Positions 37,461 through 46,401 of a stretch of DNA of 64,000 nt are shown here, one piece after another; the stretch's first letter is position 1, and each line of letters begins with the position of its first letter. A program made the position numbers and the translations under genes. The DNA comes from Deferribacterales bacterium (GTDB lineage Bacteria > Chrysiogenota > Deferribacteres > Deferribacterales > Geovibrionaceae): contig JBFWLW010000008.1 of NCBI GenBank assembly GCA_050251945.1, positions 58,538-122,537 on the forward strand, in the 5' to 3' direction. Below the pieces are notes generated by a model. The model saw only the letters and a list, made by a program, of their open reading frames with translations. It did not search any database and had not been told where the DNA came from.

Positions 37461-38878
37461 TTATTTTTCTCTCCTGTTTCTGTGGATTCCCAGCCGCCGC
37501 CCAGCGCTTTGTAAAGTGCGACCAGATCTGTTCCCGCAGTACCTTTTCCTGCGGAAAGCTGTTTAACATAGCTTATATATGACTGCTGTGCGGTCATGAC
37601 ATCCGAATAATCGGAAAGACCTGCCTGATAGCTGTTCTTTGTGAGGTCATAGGCATCCTTTGCCGCATCCGCCGCTTTCGCAAGCTGAAGCGTTTTCGCA
37701 TAATCCTCGGAATATGACTTCATGGCGTTCTCGGATTCCTCCATAGCGGTCAGCACTGCGGATTCATATGCCGCCAGATACTGCTTTCTGGTCTCGTCCT
37801 GCACCTTTATATTATTTTTTATGGCTCCGAAATCGAAAAGCATCCACGAGAGGCTTGGACCGATAGAGGCACTGGCGCTGTTCTTTTCAAACAGACTGCC
37901 CGTATCCGGTGATGAAAACCCTATTGAACCGGTGAGAGTCAGTTTCGGATATTTATCCGCCTCTGCCACGCCCACACGCGCCGTCTGCGCGGCAAGCTCG
38001 CGCTCCGCCTGACGAACGTCAGGTCTGCGGCGGAGCATATCCGCAGGAACACCCACTGCCGCCGTTACAGGAACCAGAGGAACAGGCTTGACGCTTTTCA
38101 GCATTTCGTCCAGACTGCCCGGTGTCTGTCCTGTCAGCACGGCGAGACGGTTAAGATATTCACCTATCTCAATGCGCAGGTCGTTAAGTCCGGTCTTTGC
38201 GTATTCCAGAGAATAGAGCGCTGTCTTAACGTCCGCCTCCGTTCCGGTTCCCGCCTGATATTTCCAGTTTGTTATATTGTAAAGCTCTGTCTTTGTGGCT
38301 ATATCCTGCTGTGTGAATGTCATGCTGTTCTGTGCGACACGCAGTGATATATAATTCTTTGCAGTTTCCGCCGAAAGCGACACAAGAACGTCGTGCAGAG
38401 CCTCTTTTGAGGCTTCGGCATCGGCATAAGCCGCCTCGACACTTCGTCTGACACCGCCGAAAAGGTCTATCTCCCACGATGAGTCAAATCCTGCGGTATA
38501 GCTGTCCGAAGAACTCTCTGTTCTTCCGGAATAGTCTCCCGTTGCCGATGCGGATGCCGAAAGATTCGGTTTTCCGTCAGCTTCCGTAACGCCAATCTGA
38601 GCTCTTGACGCGGCGAGAACCGCATACGCTTTTTTGATGTCAAGATTGCCGTCAACTGTCATCCCGACCAGTTTGTTCAGCATATCGTCGCCGAACACTG
38701 TCCACCACTGTCCTATCAGCTGCGGGTTGTCCGCTTCCGCTTTAACAGGATTGCCTAAAGCCGTGTGCCAGCCTGCAGGCAGGTTAGCATCCGGACGCAC
38801 GTAATCGCGCCCCACGGATGCACAGCCGTAAACAGAAAGGACAGCAGACAAATACAAAAAAAATCTTAATAATGTCAT
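37457..38878 (-). CDS. Outer-membrane efflux lipoprotein (NodT/OprM family)
   Basis: Lipobox VYGC, WW..F.D, SWEIDLFG, RRPDV, LYKALGGGW. Confidence 0.92.
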   Translation of the reverse strand: MTLLRFFLYLSAVLSVYGCASVGRDYVRPDANLPAGWHTALGNPVKAEADNPQLIGQWWTVFGDDMLNKLVGMTVDGNLDIKKAYAVLAASRAQIGVTEADGKPNLSASASATGDYSGRTESSSDSYTAGFDSSWEIDLFGGVRRSVEAAYADAEASKEALHDVLVSLSAETAKNYISLRVAQNSMTFTQQDIATKTELYNITNWKYQAGTGTEADVKTALYSLEYAKTGLNDLRIEIGEYLNRLAVLTGQTPGSLDEMLKSVKPVPLVPVTAAVGVPADMLRRRPDVRQAERELAAQTARVGVAEADKYPKLTLTGSIGFSSPDTGSLFEKNSASASIGPSLSWMLFDFGAIKNNIKVQDETRKQYLAAYESAVLTAMEESENAMKSYSEDYAKTLQLAKAADAAKDAYDLTKNSYQAGLSDYSDVMTAQQSYISYVKQLSAGKGTAGTDLVALYKALGGGWESTETGEKNK

Positions 38879-39233
38879 CGATGTTTCTCTCTTAAACAAT
38901 CATTTGTAACGTATATGACAGTATATATTACATTTTGTTCTTTGGGGGCTATGTTTTTCCTGTGGATTCAAACTTCTTTGACATTGTAACATTTAAACCA
39001 ATAGTTTTTTTGCGGAATAAAACGAAAAAATAGTTTGTATTAACTTTTTTTTATGCTACTTTACATGATTGTAAACGCCGTTTGTTTCCTGTGTTCATAA
39101 TAACGCAAAACCCGCACAGGAAGCATGTGCGCTGGTATTCCCACCTTTATTATTATGCCACAGAACTCACTCAGAGAGAAATGTACAACGCCCGAAACAC
39201 AATACGGCGTGAAATGACATATATGAGGTAGTT

Positions 39234-40046
39234 ATGCAGGTCATAGCATGTATCAAACAGGTACCTGACACCACACAGGTGCAGATCGACCCTAAGACAA
39301 ACACTCTGGTCAGAGACGGTATCCCATTCATCGTAAACCCGTACGACACACACGCACTGGAGGAATGTCTGAGACTCAAGGACAGATACGGATTTAAGGT
39401 CACTGCGGTATCAATGGGCCCTCCCAACGCAGAGGCTGCATTGCGCAAGGCTCTGTCTTTGGGTGCGGACAGAGCGGTTCTGGTGTCCGACAGGGTATTC
39501 GGCGGCGCCGACACCCTTGCGACAAGCAACGTTCTCACCGCGGCAATACGAAAACTTGCCGAAGACGAAGAGGTCGGGATAGTTTTCTGCGGAAAACAGA
39601 CAATCGACGGCGACACCGCACAGGTCGGTCCCGGCATCGCAACACGTATGGAGCTGGAGCAGCTCACACTTGTGGACAAAATTATCGAACTTGACATCGA
39701 ATCCAAAAAACTCATCGTCCGCAGAAAGCTTGAAGGCAGATACGAAACGGTTCAGACAGTGCTTCCGGCAATGATAACCGTTGTGCGGGAGATAAACCGC
39801 CCCAGATACCCCACAGTTCCCATGAGACTGCACTCCAAAGAGGCACAGGTCGAAATGTGGAACAATGAGGTTCTTCAGCTCGATGTGAACAAAATAGGTC
39901 TGAAAGGCTCCCCAACATGGGTCAGCAAGATATTCTCACCCCAGAGGGACAAAGGAGAAATGATCGGCACGGGCATCAGCGACCCGAAAGACGTGGCTTC
40001 GCTGCTTTTGGACAAAATGATATCAAAAGACATTATTACAGTATAA
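39234..40046 (+). CDS. etfB: Electron transfer flavoprotein beta subunit
   Basis: CIKQVPD, NPYD, GADTLAT, GKQTIDGDTAQVG. Confidence 0.95.
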   Translation: MQVIACIKQVPDTTQVQIDPKTNTLVRDGIPFIVNPYDTHALEECLRLKDRYGFKVTAVSMGPPNAEAALRKALSLGADRAVLVSDRVFGGADTLATSNVLTAAIRKLAEDEEVGIVFCGKQTIDGDTAQVGPGIATRMELEQLTLVDKIIELDIESKKLIVRRKLEGRYETVQTVLPAMITVVREINRPRYPTVPMRLHSKEAQVEMWNNEVLQLDVNKIGLKGSPTWVSKIFSPQRDKGEMIGTGISDPKDVASLLLDKMISKDIITV

Positions 40047-40058
40047 GGAACTGACAAG

Positions 40059-41387
40059 ATGGCAGAAAAGATAAAAAAACCGAGAGGCAAGGCGAGACTT
40101 AAGCCCGACACCTGCATAGCCTGCGGTGCAAGGTGCGAAAGCGCCTGCCCCGTTGACGCAGTTAAAATGGACGGCGAAGGCTCACCGATAATAGATGAGG
40201 AAAAATGTATAGGCTGCGACAAGTGCGTCAAGGTATGTCCCGCCGATGCACTGTATATGTTTCTCACGGACGGACAGAAAGCACAGCTTGAGGCGTGGGA
40301 AAAGCAAAAAGCCGCAGGCGCCGCAGAAGAGGAGCTTTCCGACGAGGATAAAAAGCTTAAGGATTATCTGGCGCAATACAGAGGCGTATGGGTGTTCGTC
40401 GAGCAGACCGAAGGGGTTGCCGCGGACGTTTCATGGGAGCTTCTCGGCGAAGGAAGGAAACTCGCAGACAAGCTCGGTGTTGAACTCTGCGCGGTAGTGA
40501 TGGGTGAAAACGTTGCCCACATCGCCGAGGACGCGGGCAGATACGGAGCGGAAAAGGTATATCTTGCCGATATGCCGGTATTCAGAAACTACAGAACACA
40601 GAGCTACCACAAAGCTATGTACTGGCTCGTGGAAAGATACAGACCCGAAGTCATCCTCATGGGTGCAACAGGCATGGGACGCGACCTTGCGGGTGCCGTG
40701 GCAACAGAGGTTGCAACCGGACTTACGGCGGACTGCACAGGGCTTGACATAGACGACAAGCGCAACCTGATGCAGACACGACCCGCTTTCGGCGGAAACA
40801 TCATGGCAACCATCATGTGCGACAAATACCGTCCCCAGATGGCAACCGTCCGCCCCCGCGTCATGGGCATGCCCAAAAAAGCCGACGCATCCAAAGCAGT
40901 CATAATCACAGAACAGCCCCCCGTCGTTGAAGAGGATATTCTCAGCAAGGTTCTGAGCATTGTATCAGACAAAAAGGCAGACGACGTGGACATCTCCGGT
41001 GCCGAGATACTGGTTTCCGGCGGAAGGGGTGTCATGGCGCCTCAGAACTTCAAAATACTTCAGGAGCTTGCTGATGAACTCGGCGGAACGGTATCCGCTT
41101 CCCGCTCTGCTGTGGATGCAGGATGGATGGCACACTCCAGACAGGTCGGACAGACGGGCAAGACCGTCAGACCTAAAATATACGTCGCCTGCGGAATATC
41201 CGGAGCCATACAGCACCTTGTGGGTATGCAGGATTCCGACGTTATCATCGCAATAAACAAGGACAAGGACGCGCCCATCTTTGAGGTGGCGACATACGGC
41301 ATCGTCGGCGACCTGTTCGAGATAGTTCCCGCTCTCACAGAAGAGATAAGAAGAAGAAGAGCTGAAAAAGGTGGCAGAAATGGTTAA
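40059..41387 (+). CDS. etfA: Electron transfer flavoprotein alpha subunit with N-terminal 2x[4Fe-4S] domain
   Basis: Two Cys clusters at the N-terminus; GLTADCT, RPAFGGN, QVGQTGK, GISGAIQH. Confidence 0.95.
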   Translation: MAEKIKKPRGKARLKPDTCIACGARCESACPVDAVKMDGEGSPIIDEEKCIGCDKCVKVCPADALYMFLTDGQKAQLEAWEKQKAAGAAEEELSDEDKKLKDYLAQYRGVWVFVEQTEGVAADVSWELLGEGRKLADKLGVELCAVVMGENVAHIAEDAGRYGAEKVYLADMPVFRNYRTQSYHKAMYWLVERYRPEVILMGATGMGRDLAGAVATEVATGLTADCTGLDIDDKRNLMQTRPAFGGNIMATIMCDKYRPQMATVRPRVMGMPKKADASKAVIITEQPPVVEEDILSKVLSIVSDKKADDVDISGAEILVSGGRGVMAPQNFKILQELADELGGTVSASRSAVDAGWMAHSRQVGQTGKTVRPKIYVACGISGAIQHLVGMQDSDVIIAINKDKDAPIFEVATYGIVGDLFEIVPALTEEIRRRRAEKGGRNG

Positions 41388-43305
41388 TATACCTTTCATC
41401 ATATTATTTGCTGTATCAATGATCTTTTTTGCATACAGCGTAACAAAAAAGATAGGTCTGGTCAGACAGGGTAAATCACTCAACAGAACCGACAGAGGCG
41501 GCATAAGAACAGCCGGAACGCTCATCAACGCAATATTTCAGAAGAGCGTCATAAAAGGAAGCTTCGGCATAAACCACGCGCTTCTGTTCTGGTCGTTCCT
41601 CATCCTTCTGCTGGCAAACGGAGAATTCCTCCTCAGCGGACTTTTCCCGCGTCTCTCCTTCGGGATGCTTCCCGCACCCGTACACCACTGGCTGAAACTG
41701 GTGTTCGACATCGTTTCCGTACTGGTGCTTATCGCCGTCATAGCAGCGGCACTCAGAAAGATTTTCCACCCGCTCTATAAAGAATCCCGCACAGCGGAAG
41801 CCTTCATAATCCTCGGGGTTATCGGCGCGCTGATGCTTGCATATTTCGGAATGACCACATTTGAAATAATGATGGGCTGGCTTCCGTGGAAATTCGCCCC
41901 CTTCTCCGCACTGTTCTCCGTTGTGTACCTCGGACTTGATACGGAAGGTATACACAAACTTGCAGTGTTCTTCTGGTGGGCGCACGCGGTGCTTCTGCTG
42001 GGCTTCATAAATTTCCTGCCATACAGCAAACACATGCACATACTTACGGCTATCCCAAACGTATTCTTTAAACTGCTGGACAAACCTGCTATCCCCCAGC
42101 GCGAAAACTTTGAGACAGTTCAGGTGCTCGGTGCTGAAAAATATCAGGATCTCACTTGGAAAGACCTTCTGGACAGTCTTACCTGTACGGAATGCGGAAG
42201 ATGTCAGGTAAACTGCCCCGCAAACCTCACGGGAAAACCGCTGAACCCCAGAACCCTTATCCATAAAATTAAAGAGAACATGAACGCCAGAGAGGCGGTA
42301 CTTGTTGGCGAAGGCGAACACCAGATATCAAAAGACACCATATGGGCATGCGTAACCTGCGGAGCCTGCATGGAAGTCTGTCCGGTGTTCATTGAGCATG
42401 CGCCAAAGATAATTAAAATGCGCAGAAACATGGTGCAGATGAACTCCGACTTCCCCGAAGAACTGCTGAACCTGTTCGAGAACATGGAACAGAGAAGCAA
42501 CCCTTGGGGTATCGCTCCCACCGAGCGCACGAAAGTGTTCTCAAGCCTTAAGGTGAAGGACTTTAACCCCGAAGAAACAGAATACCTCTTCTTCGTCGGA
42601 TGCGCCGGAGCGTTCGATTCGCGCAGCAAGCAGATAACACTTGCAATTGCGATGCTCATGGACGAAGCAAAAGTTACATGGGGAACTCTGGGCAAGGATG
42701 AACTCTGCTGCGGCGACAGCCTGCGCAGACTGGGCAATGAATACGTTTTCGAGCAGATGGCTCTTAAAAACGTTGAGATGTTCAAAGCCCGCGGCGTAAA
42801 GAAGATAGTGACACAATGCCCCCACTGCTTCACAACACTTAAGAACGATTACAAACAATACGGACTTGATATCGAGGTCATTCACCATACACAGCTTCTG
42901 GACGAGCTTGTTCGCGACGGCAGGCTGAAAGTGAACGACAACCATAAAAAATCCGTCATAACATACCACGATTCATGCTATCTGGGCAGACACAACGGTG
43001 TTTACGAACAGCCCAGAAACATCATCAAAGCCATCACAGGCAAAGCGCCCGTTGAGATGGAACGTACAAAAGACACAGCCTTCTGCTGCGGAGCAGGCGG
43101 CGGACGCATGTGGATGGAAGAAAATCTGGGCGAACGCATCAACGTGAACCGCGCTCAGCAGGCTCTGGACACCAACGCAGGAACACTCTGCACAGCCTGT
43201 CCCTACTGCATGACGATGATGTCAGACGGTATGAAAGACCTTAATGCAAAAAGCATATTTGTTAAAGATATAGCGGAAGTTCTGGCAGAGTCCGTCCTTC
43301 TGTAA
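41380..43305 (+). CDS. Membrane Fe-S oxidoreductase with CCG domains (FadF/EMO-like)
   Basis: TM region with His residues (HALLFW, WWAH, SKHMH), two CxxCxxCxxxCP motifs, two CCG motifs, YHDSCYLGR. Confidence 0.9.
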   Translation: MVNIPFIILFAVSMIFFAYSVTKKIGLVRQGKSLNRTDRGGIRTAGTLINAIFQKSVIKGSFGINHALLFWSFLILLLANGEFLLSGLFPRLSFGMLPAPVHHWLKLVFDIVSVLVLIAVIAAALRKIFHPLYKESRTAEAFIILGVIGALMLAYFGMTTFEIMMGWLPWKFAPFSALFSVVYLGLDTEGIHKLAVFFWWAHAVLLLGFINFLPYSKHMHILTAIPNVFFKLLDKPAIPQRENFETVQVLGAEKYQDLTWKDLLDSLTCTECGRCQVNCPANLTGKPLNPRTLIHKIKENMNAREAVLVGEGEHQISKDTIWACVTCGACMEVCPVFIEHAPKIIKMRRNMVQMNSDFPEELLNLFENMEQRSNPWGIAPTERTKVFSSLKVKDFNPEETEYLFFVGCAGAFDSRSKQITLAIAMLMDEAKVTWGTLGKDELCCGDSLRRLGNEYVFEQMALKNVEMFKARGVKKIVTQCPHCFTTLKNDYKQYGLDIEVIHHTQLLDELVRDGRLKVNDNHKKSVITYHDSCYLGRHNGVYEQPRNIIKAITGKAPVEMERTKDTAFCCGAGGGRMWMEENLGERINVNRAQQALDTNAGTLCTACPYCMTMMSDGMKDLNAKSIFVKDIAEVLAESVLL

Positions 43306-43314
43306 AAATCACAT

Positions 43315-43442
43315 GAGACTGCTTCGTCACTTCGTTCCTCGCAGAGACTTGAATTTGATTCCGTCTTCGCGAGGAACGGCCGGACGAAGGCTGAATGAGT
43401 CCGCTCTTAACTGATTATCGAATACAGCGACGCGGCGATCTC
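43315..43442. repeat. Pair of CGTC-type REP-like units between convergent genes; second unit has an expanded loop
   Basis: GAGACTGCTTCGTC...CCTCGCAGAGAC followed by CGTCTTCGCGAGG...CGACGCGGCGATCTC. Confidence 0.7.
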
Positions 43443-43448
43443 ATTAAT

Positions 43449-44408
43449 TTATTCAGGGATGCAGACATCCCTTTTCGTCACAGCATAAACCGTTCTCACC
43501 AGCACAAGCACAACAACACACGTCGTAACAGCCAGCAGAACAAAAGCCATAGACTTGAAGAACACAGCTCCGGTCATTTTATACATCAGTATCGTCGCAA
43601 TGGTCATCGCGTCCATAGGGAAGGTATAAGCCCACCAAGACATATAAAATGGAGTCTTGCGAAGCCGCGGGAACATTGAAACAAGTATCAGCGTTGTGAA
43701 CACCGCGAAATAGAAAAGGATCCTGCCGAACGAATCCAGCCCGCCAGTCAGCTTTGAATATGATATGAAACCAACGGCGGGGGGCGCTATCATAATGAAC
43801 AGCGTAGGCAGGAATTTCTGCACAAGGGCGTCGTGAAATATAACTCTGTAAATCACTATTGTATAAAGCACAACCCACAACACAAGCCCTATTGAGAAGA
43901 AGAACCACGACATTTCGGTTCCGCCGAAATTCGCCCCCACCACAGGCACAAGTATGTTGCCCACCACTGGAATGAACCATGCTGGGTTCATGGCGTGTAT
44001 CTTATACTCCCTGAAAAACCACATATTTATGATAACAAAGGTGAATGTGATGTGTACAAGCGAACCCGCCCACCAGAGTGCAGACGCGAAAGGGTGGCAT
44101 ATGTTCTCGTATCCGATGCTTAAAAGCAGCATTGAAATTGATATTGTGGGGAAAAAATTCATCCGCACAGGGTGAAGGAACTCGTGCCTGACCTCTGACG
44201 GATATTTTATCAGCTTAAGCGCATAGATAAGAACAAGAACGGCAAACCACACGGTCACCGCATAAAGGAAATACTTTGAAAAACCGGTGTCGGTCTTCAT
44301 CACAGACCCATAGCGCATATATGCTATGGCAAGTCCCGAAAGCCCCATAACCGTTGAAAAAAGCGTTATGGGGAAATTCTTTAAACGATTTGCTTCTGTT
44401 TCTTCCAT
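43449..44408 (-). CDS. TDT/SLAC1 (TehA-like) anion channel
   Basis: F...MGL.GL, E..HPVR.NF, NPAWFIPVVG, SWWAYTFP. Confidence 0.9.
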   Translation of the reverse strand: MEETEANRLKNFPITLFSTVMGLSGLAIAYMRYGSVMKTDTGFSKYFLYAVTVWFAVLVLIYALKLIKYPSEVRHEFLHPVRMNFFPTISISMLLLSIGYENICHPFASALWWAGSLVHITFTFVIINMWFFREYKIHAMNPAWFIPVVGNILVPVVGANFGGTEMSWFFFSIGLVLWVVLYTIVIYRVIFHDALVQKFLPTLFIMIAPPAVGFISYSKLTGGLDSFGRILFYFAVFTTLILVSMFPRLRKTPFYMSWWAYTFPMDAMTIATILMYKMTGAVFFKSMAFVLLAVTTCVVVLVLVRTVYAVTKRDVCIPE

Positions 44409-44481
44409 CTGAACCTCGGTAATTGTTATTTATTCAGAAACCAATATATACCGATTATTCAGATTGTCATGTAAAATCTTG

Positions 44482-44886
44482 TTAAAGCGCCGCCCAGTCC
44501 AGAATCTTTTTCCGTATAGCGTCCCGCACCGTGCGGGCAAAGGCGAGCTTCTCCTCATCTGTTCCCTGAAATGAGGACGGATCGGGAAACTCCCAGTGGA
44601 GTTTTTCGCCGGAAACCGGAACCACAGGACATCTGTCCGCCGCCTCTTTATCGCAGACTGCAATTACGTAGTCGAAATCCTGCCCGACAAATTCCGTCAC
44701 GCTCTTTGTGCGGCTGCCGGAAATATCTATTCCCGCTTCCGCCATCGCCCGTACAACGAACGGATTAAGACTGCCGGGTTCAAGCCCCGCACTATGCGCC
44801 GAAAAGCCGGACAGCCCGTTGAGAAAGCTCTCCGCCATCTGGCTTCTGGCGCTGTTATGTACACATACGAAAAGTACGCGCTTCAT
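44482..44886 (-). CDS. arsC: Thioredoxin-coupled arsenate reductase (LMWP family)
   Basis: [13 protein letters not shown]-loop, VCD...CP, HW.FPDP; ATG at 44886. Confidence 0.88.
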   Translation of the reverse strand: MKRVLFVCVHNSARSQMAESFLNGLSGFSAHSAGLEPGSLNPFVVRAMAEAGIDISGSRTKSVTEFVGQDFDYVIAVCDKEAADRCPVVPVSGEKLHWEFPDPSSFQGTDEEKLAFARTVRDAIRKKILDWAAL

Positions 44887-44887
44887 A

Positions 44888-45172
44888 TTAACCGCAGCAG
44901 CCCGAACAGCCGCAGCTGCTTCCGCCGGCTGCCGATGTTTTCTGTTTAATGAGTATCTTGATATCATTTACAGTGGGGAGCGGTTTGCCTTCATGAACGA
45001 CAACCTCGTCCACAACCAGTCCGGGAGTGACCATTATATAGTTGGATATCTCGGTCATATCGTTGACATATTCGATATCCGCATCAATCCCCAGCTCTTT
45101 AACCGCCTGCAGAGTCATTTCGTGCATTTTCTTACAGTTTACGCATCCGGGACCTAATACTTTTATTTTCAT
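44888..45172 (-). CDS. Small thioredoxin-like protein (MTH895 type) with Cys-rich tail
   Basis: [18 protein letters not shown]; tail [10 protein letters not shown]. Confidence 0.88.
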   Translation of the reverse strand: MKIKVLGPGCVNCKKMHEMTLQAVKELGIDADIEYVNDMTEISNYIMVTPGLVVDEVVVHEGKPLPTVNDIKILIKQKTSAAGGSSCGCSGCCG

Positions 45173-45180
45173 GATTCACC

Positions 45181-46332
45181 TCACATATTTCCGTATATCA
45201 TTCCTGCCGTACAAGACATAATAACCACCAGAAGAACGTATGCCACTGTTTTTTTAAGCCCGATGACACTGCGTATCACCAGCATGCTGGGCAGACTGAG
45301 TGCGGGACCTGAAAGCAGAAGCGCCAGCGCGGGACCTTTGCCCATTCCGGCACCCATCAGACCCTGCAGGATAGGTATCTCGGTCAGAGTTGCAAAATAC
45401 ATCAGCGCGCCTGCCACAGAGGCAAAAAGTGTCGCACCGAATCCGTTGCCGCCCACCAGCATATAAATGTATTTTGAGGGTATCACTCCGTCATGTCCGG
45501 GACGCCCTAAAAGAAAACCTGCAGCCAGAACACCTATGAAAAGAAGAGGAATTATCTGTTTCGCATAGCCCCACGTCTCCTCCAGCCAGAGTTTTCGCTG
45601 ATCGGCGTTCAGCACATAAAAACTCATGACTGCCACGACGCACAGACTCAAAAACGTCAGATACCATTTCATGCCGTATATCACGGCGAAAAGAGTTCCT
45701 TCCGTCTCAGGACGCGCCCATGTGGCGAATATAAGAACCGCCGTCATGGCGACAAAAAACAATATCTGTAAAAGAACGTTCTCCGCTTTCACATCCCGCA
45801 TGGCAAGCGCCTGACGCTCCGCCTCTTCACCGCGGAACAGAAACGCCATCACGACGCCTATGACCACTGAAAAGAGAATGGCAAGAACACCTCTGGCAAG
45901 TCCCATTTCAAGTCCGAGAACTCTCGCCGTAAGCACTATGGCAAGAATATTTATGGCGGGACCGGAATAAACGAACGCAATGGCGGGACCAAGCCCCGCG
46001 CCGCGCTTATAGATACCTGCGAACAGCGGGAGGATAGTGCATGAGCAAACGGCAAGCACAGCGCCCGAAACGGACGCAACGCCATAGGCAGCGACACGCT
46101 TTGCATCGGCACCGAAATATTTAATTACAGAAGCCTGTGAAATAAGAACGCTTATGGCTCCCGCAATGAAAAGCGCGGGGATAAGGCAGGTGAGCGTATG
46201 CTGACGAACATATTCCGACAGCAGATAGAAGCCCTCCAGAATTGCGGATGAAACACGAACCGATTCAAAAGGCGTAAAATACAGCACAGCGAACAATGCC
46301 GCCAGCGAGACAAACTTGTATATTTCTTTCAT
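45181..46332 (-). CDS. arsP: ArsP/DUF318 permease
   Basis: LAVCSC, GPAIN, MYFATLTE.PI, GPALSLP. Confidence 0.85.
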   Translation of the reverse strand: MKEIYKFVSLAALFAVLYFTPFESVRVSSAILEGFYLLSEYVRQHTLTCLIPALFIAGAISVLISQASVIKYFGADAKRVAAYGVASVSGAVLAVCSCTILPLFAGIYKRGAGLGPAIAFVYSGPAINILAIVLTARVLGLEMGLARGVLAILFSVVIGVVMAFLFRGEEAERQALAMRDVKAENVLLQILFFVAMTAVLIFATWARPETEGTLFAVIYGMKWYLTFLSLCVVAVMSFYVLNADQRKLWLEETWGYAKQIIPLLFIGVLAAGFLLGRPGHDGVIPSKYIYMLVGGNGFGATLFASVAGALMYFATLTEIPILQGLMGAGMGKGPALALLLSGPALSLPSMLVIRSVIGLKKTVAYVLLVVIMSCTAGMIYGNM

Positions 46333-46350
46333 AATATATCTCCTGACTGA

Positions 46351-46379
46351 TGTATAATACCATCCGCAGAAGATGTCAA
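46351..46379 (-). promoter_or_regulatory. Sigma70-type promoter of the arsP operon
   Basis: TTGACA-17-TATACA. Confidence 0.65.
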
Positions 46380-46401
46380 TTATATTTCTAAGAATGTAAT
46401 A

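Noticed and set aside
39060..39233. Possible riboswitch in the etfB leader (two short hairpins)
   Set aside because: No recognisable aptamer consensus or terminator. An Rfam scan would settle it.
41476..42833. 281-aa and 209-aa minus-strand ORFs
   Set aside because: Antisense shadows of the Fe-S oxidoreductase; no RBS or motifs.
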